DNA from: Tubiluchus corallicola | Taxonomy: Eukaryota; Animalia; Priapulida | DNA length: 64,000 bases | Assembly: GCA_030141605.1 (NCBI GenBank) | Contig: JAQGDQ010000079.1 | Span: forward strand, 124,001 to 188,000 | Direction of reading: 5' to 3' | Shown: positions 13,426-64,000 of the stretch, piece by piece | How positions within the stretch are numbered: the stretch's first letter is position 1 | Layout of the letters: the number at the start of each line of letters is the position of its first letter | Notes under the pieces: model-generated | The model's database searches: none | What the model was told of the DNA's origin: nothing | What the model saw: the letters and a program-made list of their open reading frames with translations, nothing else | Position numbers and translations under genes: made by a program

Positions 13426-13977
13426 GGACATTTTGATTGCTATTTGTTGCTGTAAATTGTTTCACAGTCTAGAAAGAGTCAACATTTTAGAGCTTGTTTG
13501 TTTCATACGAGCCCACATATTAGGCAACTGGGAATTACTTTTTGTTTTGATTGTCTTTATAGACAAGTGTTCATAAACTAGAACCTCTAGTACTTCATAG
13601 AGGAGTAACTGCAATTGGATTAACAATGGCGATATGTTTCCTTTAAACGGGCGTAGACCCTAAATTAGGTTTCTCCATAAAGTTTTGAGTTTCTGTGAAA
13701 CATGATGCACGCTTTTTTGTACAGTAGTTTAGTTTATAGTAGTAGTTATTGCCTTGAAGTGTGTAGTTTTGCCCCGTAGCCATCAGTCCATGGCGTCTTA
13801 CTATCTACGTAGATGTCATTCTGGGCTTGCGTGTATACATTTGAAGTAAAATATTTAGCCTAATATAATCAATTAATGTGTGATACTGACACCGCGGTGT
13901 CTGTGGGTTGTAAATCGGTTACTAAGTAGTATAAATCTGTTTCAGATCGGTATGATCTAGCCTGAAATCTGCAAAAC

Positions 13978-59612
<45,635 letters not shown>

Positions 59613-61524
59613 TACTCGAATTTGTGTGATAAAATAATGTTATGCTGATGAAGAAACTTTGCCACTGTGTACATACACATCTGTACAGAGTATTTGCTTA
59701 TAATGTGCAGCATCAGAATGTACATAATATCAATTTAGTGTTCTCTCAAGGCACTAATTATGCATTCTCCTGTCATGGAAAAAGTCAGTATTAAGTCGCG
59801 CATTCAATATGGCGAAATGGCTGTGTGAATAAAACTTAAAGATGAGGTGATAGCAACCTAGGGCCAGAAATAATTACTGCAGCTCTTAGTGGTTAGAAAC
59901 TGTCTAGTGCGTGGTCAGAGAGCTTGTATGGAAATTGGTGGCATGAAGATAACAGTACGCCAAAGTCAAATGGCAGATGTTAAAATACGGAAGTATTTTG
60001 TGTTAAAAAAATTTGACGCCAAGTGAATATATACTGAAAATATATCCATTCACTGCAGCTACGTTCGAATCATGGTCACACAAGCTGGCTTGTAGACATG
60101 ATAGTATAGTAAAGTGTAATAATATATTGGGTAGTCTGTGTGTACTGTACTTCAGTTTGAAAAATTTGTTAGCTGAATGCATTTGCATGAAACAGTAAAT
60201 TGTTTCATGTGGTGACATCTTTGCTACATGTACTAGTGTTTGCTAAGTTAAGACTATTTAAAAAAAGACATGCATATCATCAAATACTGGTGCTGCAAAA
60301 TTTGTAGTGCGTTTATTTGACTTTACTGTTACAAGTCCTAGGAAAACGTCTATGCTTCAGTAATAACTTTTAGAAACAAATCAGTGGGTGACAGAAGCTT
60401 AAGATTATTTTAAATAGCTACTGTGTCAGAAGAAACCTCAAAAGCTAATCAAACATAAGAAATGACTCATAATTGTAAAATCGCATATTGATGTACTAAT
60501 GAATGTTAAAGTTAATGTACTTTTGTAAATAATGTGCTCAAAGCTTTTTCGAATGTAGAACACAAAAATTTTGAGAATCGTGTATAGTTTATAGTTTAAT
60601 TTAATGTATTAACTTGGCTTTTGTATTTGTCTGTTTTGTTACCTTTCATTCGTTATTTTCTGTGTTGCTGTGTAGATATTGCTTATTTATACATGTCGTA
60701 AATATATGATCAAAGTATTACATGCTGTAATTTATGCTATGGCAGCAGATATATTTATTGTTGTTAAGATTGTTTTATAAAAATGGGATTAATAGTTAAA
60801 TTAGGTTGGGGAAGGTAAGTAATATTACCAGCAAAATTTATTGGATGTTCGAAAAAGTTAAGATACCATTTACTTTTACTAAAATCTAGACCTACCTGTA
60901 TTCATTTAAGGCTATTAGTACAACAATTCTTCTACGATGTGTTGATTGTTTGGGGAATTGGTTCATGTATGTTAATTACATTCAGGGAAAAATGTAAAAT
61001 AAAAACTTAGTAAGCGAAGATATTCACAAATATTTTAAACAGATTGCTGGTTTCTGCTTTCAGCAGCCTGCCATTTTGAAACTGGTTGGGTTCTTGGAAA
61101 AAGTAGTAAGTTACTTTTAGATGAAAGGATCAAAGGCAAAAGTATATTTTACATGTGTGACCATTACTACTAGAGATAGATTGTTCTTTGCTGTTTGGAA
61201 TTTAAAGCTTTTTTAAATGTGAAATTATGCCATAAATGAACTTTTTTAGCTATTATTGTTATGAAATTTTGGCATAATTACCTTTGCTTAAATGCTTTAG
61301 CTTTAACAGTTGATGACTTGCAGCGTTGTCACTCGTAGAACTGGAAGACCCACGGGGTGTATATTTTATATAGCTATATATTTGTTTTTTTCTGAAGCAC
61401 TAGCATTCTTTATGATGTTGAACCAATTACTGTGAAAGAAAATGCCCAATTTTACATGTATAAAGATTCATAATGTTTGCAGTACTTATCTGTTGTTATT
61501 GTTGTATAAATAATTGTTTGTATA

Positions 61525-61530
61525 AATAAA
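61525..61530 (+). terminator. Candidate polyadenylation signal for Sema5 (3' UTR about 1.9 kb)
   Basis: AATAAA preceded by two TGTA motifs and followed by a T-rich tract (61558-61570). Other AATAAA copies occur earlier (near 59828 and 60998), so the site used is uncertain. Confidence 0.5.
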
Positions 61531-62692
61531 TGATTACATATAGTAAACAAGGGTAGCTTTTCTTTTTTATGTATTTCCACTTGAGTCACCAGAATTTTAT
61601 TGAAACACTTCAATCTACTTATTCTTGGGAAAATTTTTACAGATGCCCTATACTAGGTTACTTAGGCTATATGTAATTTCCATTTGTATTAAATGAAAAG
61701 TAGTGCAATTCAATTGTCAATAAGAAAGCGCATCCATTACACTAAGCTCGTTATGTTACATTGCCTTCAAAAATTGGAAGAAATATAACTCAGAAAGGCG
61801 TGAGAAGTAATCCATAATCCGTAGTTCAGCTATAGTATGGAAGAATGGAAGACGCAAGATAATCCAGCATTGAATTATGCAGGCATTTGTTTTTATTTGG
61901 TTCTTCGTTCATTTTTTCCCGTCAAGTTGGCGTAACAAAATTTTTGCATTTGTGTTTTGATTTTTTGTTCGTTTGTTTGTCTGTTGTGTTTTTTATTTGG
62001 TCGTCGTCGTCGTAACACCAATGCAGTCATAAGTAACAGTGGCAGCAACTGTATAAAGACAAGCAACAGCAAAAATAGTGTTAATCTTATTACCCACCTA
62101 TTTAAATACAAAGTAAAAAATTATCACTACATCTATAAATTGTGCAAGCATCCTAAGTTTTCCACAAGGAATTTCATTTTCGCATTTCATTCAGCAAGTT
62201 GTACAAATACGAGCAACCGCTTCGAATTAGTTGTTCAAAAATTTGTTTTTCCAGCTCTTGATGAATAACGGGATGCCTTTTTATTGGGTTCTGTAAATGC
62301 TCAGGAGCACTGAACTATTTTAAAAACTTCAGGAGGAAGCATCTTGTTTGGTCATTTATACATGAAATTTTCAATGATTATGCGAGAGAAGTAAGTCAGC
62401 TACTGAGTGAGGTATAAATCTCACAGCTTTTAAATAATGTTCTCTGGATTTTACTGTATTTTTTATTGCTGCTTAACTGCAAACAAATGACGAGCAGTGC
62501 CCAAAGGTTACGTTTTGCTATCCAATAAATAAAAAGTTTTGCTTCGTTTGGCATAAATTTACCAACTCTTATTTTTCAGCCAATTTACATACATGCGTTT
62601 CTGCACAATTCCAGTATTCTGTTATAGTGCGGTGAGTGGCCGAGTGGTCATGTACAAGTCCTCACTTTGAAGATGAAGCATATACGCAATGC

Positions 62693-63536
62693 GAATGCAG
62701 GTAATATGGCATAGGAAAAAATTTCATGGTAAAAACTGGCACAGGAAAAATGGCACAAAATTTAAAAGGGTTAGAGTTACAGTGTGGTGGATATTTATTT
62801 TAGCTATTTTTACCTCTGCCAAAGAAGTTATGCTTTCTTTGTTTGTTTGTCTATTTGTTTGGTTGGTTTTTTGTCTGTTACGGCAGAAAATCTATTACGC
62901 CAAATTCCAAGAAACTTTGTGAAGAAAGGCGGGTATAGGATGCCAGAATGCGAATCTCTTCGCCGGCCGAACACCACGTACAAAAAATCATTCGTGAAGC
63001 ACTTCGTGGAGGTCTCAGAGGGAGTGTTTAGTACTTCTTTTTTGTTATCTCCATCTGGACAAACAACTGCGAGTTCCATGGAGTTCTATTTCGAGAAATT
63101 TTCGCTTGTAAAACTCTCTATGACCTTTGCTTAATTAATGTGTATAGCCTTTCCTATAAAGTAACTTGGTACATTTTGTCAGTTTATTACCATCGCAAAA
63201 GTTAACGGTGAAATCGTAGATAAACACCGTTAGACATTAATGATTATAAATCCATTTAATGAATACCAAATTTTGTGAGTCTTTTGCTAGTTTACATAAT
63301 ACTATACAGGTACATTTTTGTATGCTTGTTTATTTTTGTGTAAAGTTTTTTGAATCAAAAGAATCAGACAAATAAGTTTAGAATTGCGCGGTTTTGGTAT
63401 CTGCTTCTTACTGAGCACATTCTAGTTTTATTTTAGAAATCAATTGTATCAAATTTGCTATCAATTGTATGTGACATTTTTTCCTGTGTCATTTTTACCG
63501 TGCCAATTTTGTCCCGTGCCATTTTTGCCGCGCACC
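62693..63536. mobile_element. Foldback-like non-autonomous DNA element with tandemly repeated TIR subunits
   Basis: Left end has about four copies of GG(A/T)AAAAATGGCAC-like units (62698-62757); right end has the reverse-complement GTGCCATTTTT(A/G)CC units (63470-63536); no TSD seen. Confidence 0.65.
62808..63046 (+). mobile_element. HINE/Helentron-associated (DINE-1-like) non-autonomous element nested in the foldback element
   Basis: TTTTACCTCTGCCAAAGAAGTTATG head, (GTTT/GTCT)n microsatellite, partly complementary subterminal CTTCGTGGAGGT near the 3' end, T-rich flanks. Confidence 0.55.
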
Positions 63537-64000
63537 ACTCAAAGCACATGCTGTAAAACTTTCGATTTGTCACAACATAAAATAATCATTTTTTATTTTT
63601 TCCAAAAAATTATCATGTTGCAGTTTAAAAAACATTCTTTGTAATTAGAACATTTCTGTAGAAACTTAGAAAATTATAGCCATCCCAAGTTTCCATCATT
63701 AATTTTGGTGGCATCATGATGACCTGCATACTATCTAGCCATAAAAGATATGATATTATACCAAAAGCACCCAGCGTCTGTCTTCCAGTGTCCAGCATCT
63801 GGTTGCTGGCTTTTAGCGTTACTTAGTAGTTAACATCAAAGCGTCTAGTGTGCAAACTCTAAGTTCTTCGCAGGAAAACAAAATGGACAATATAAAATTG
63901 ATTTTTGCAATGTTTCCTTTTTACATTATTTATACGTATAATATCGCAGGCCCTGAGGCCCAGTCATCATTATTTAGGTGGTTGTGGAACATACTCTGCA

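Overview
AT-rich eukaryotic (metazoan, probably invertebrate; species not determinable) genomic DNA with spliceosomal introns. No prokaryotic features, rRNA, tRNA genes or CRISPR arrays were seen. The main feature is a complete + strand class-5 semaphorin gene. I reconstructed 18 coding exons (13978-59612) with consistent phases, giving 3243 nt = 1080 aa + stop: signal peptide, Sema domain, PSI, seven thrombospondin type-1 repeats, TM helix and cytoplasmic tail. The signal-peptide exon is absent from the ORF track and lies 32.5 kb upstream of the next exon. One intron must use a GC donor and ends at a triple tandem acceptor. About 5 kb upstream of the Sema5 start codon, on the same strand, is a compact three-exon gene with its own TATA box and polyA signal. 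It encodes an unrecognised 130-aa secreted, Cys-free, Tyr/Lys/Gly/His-rich protein and may be nested in a Sema5 5'-UTR intron; this is the best candidate for something undescribed. The rest is intronic/intergenic DNA with MITEs (three with TSDs), SINE heads, microsatellites, decayed TE relics and homeobox-site-rich enhancer-like blocks. Most other ORF-track entries are spurious.
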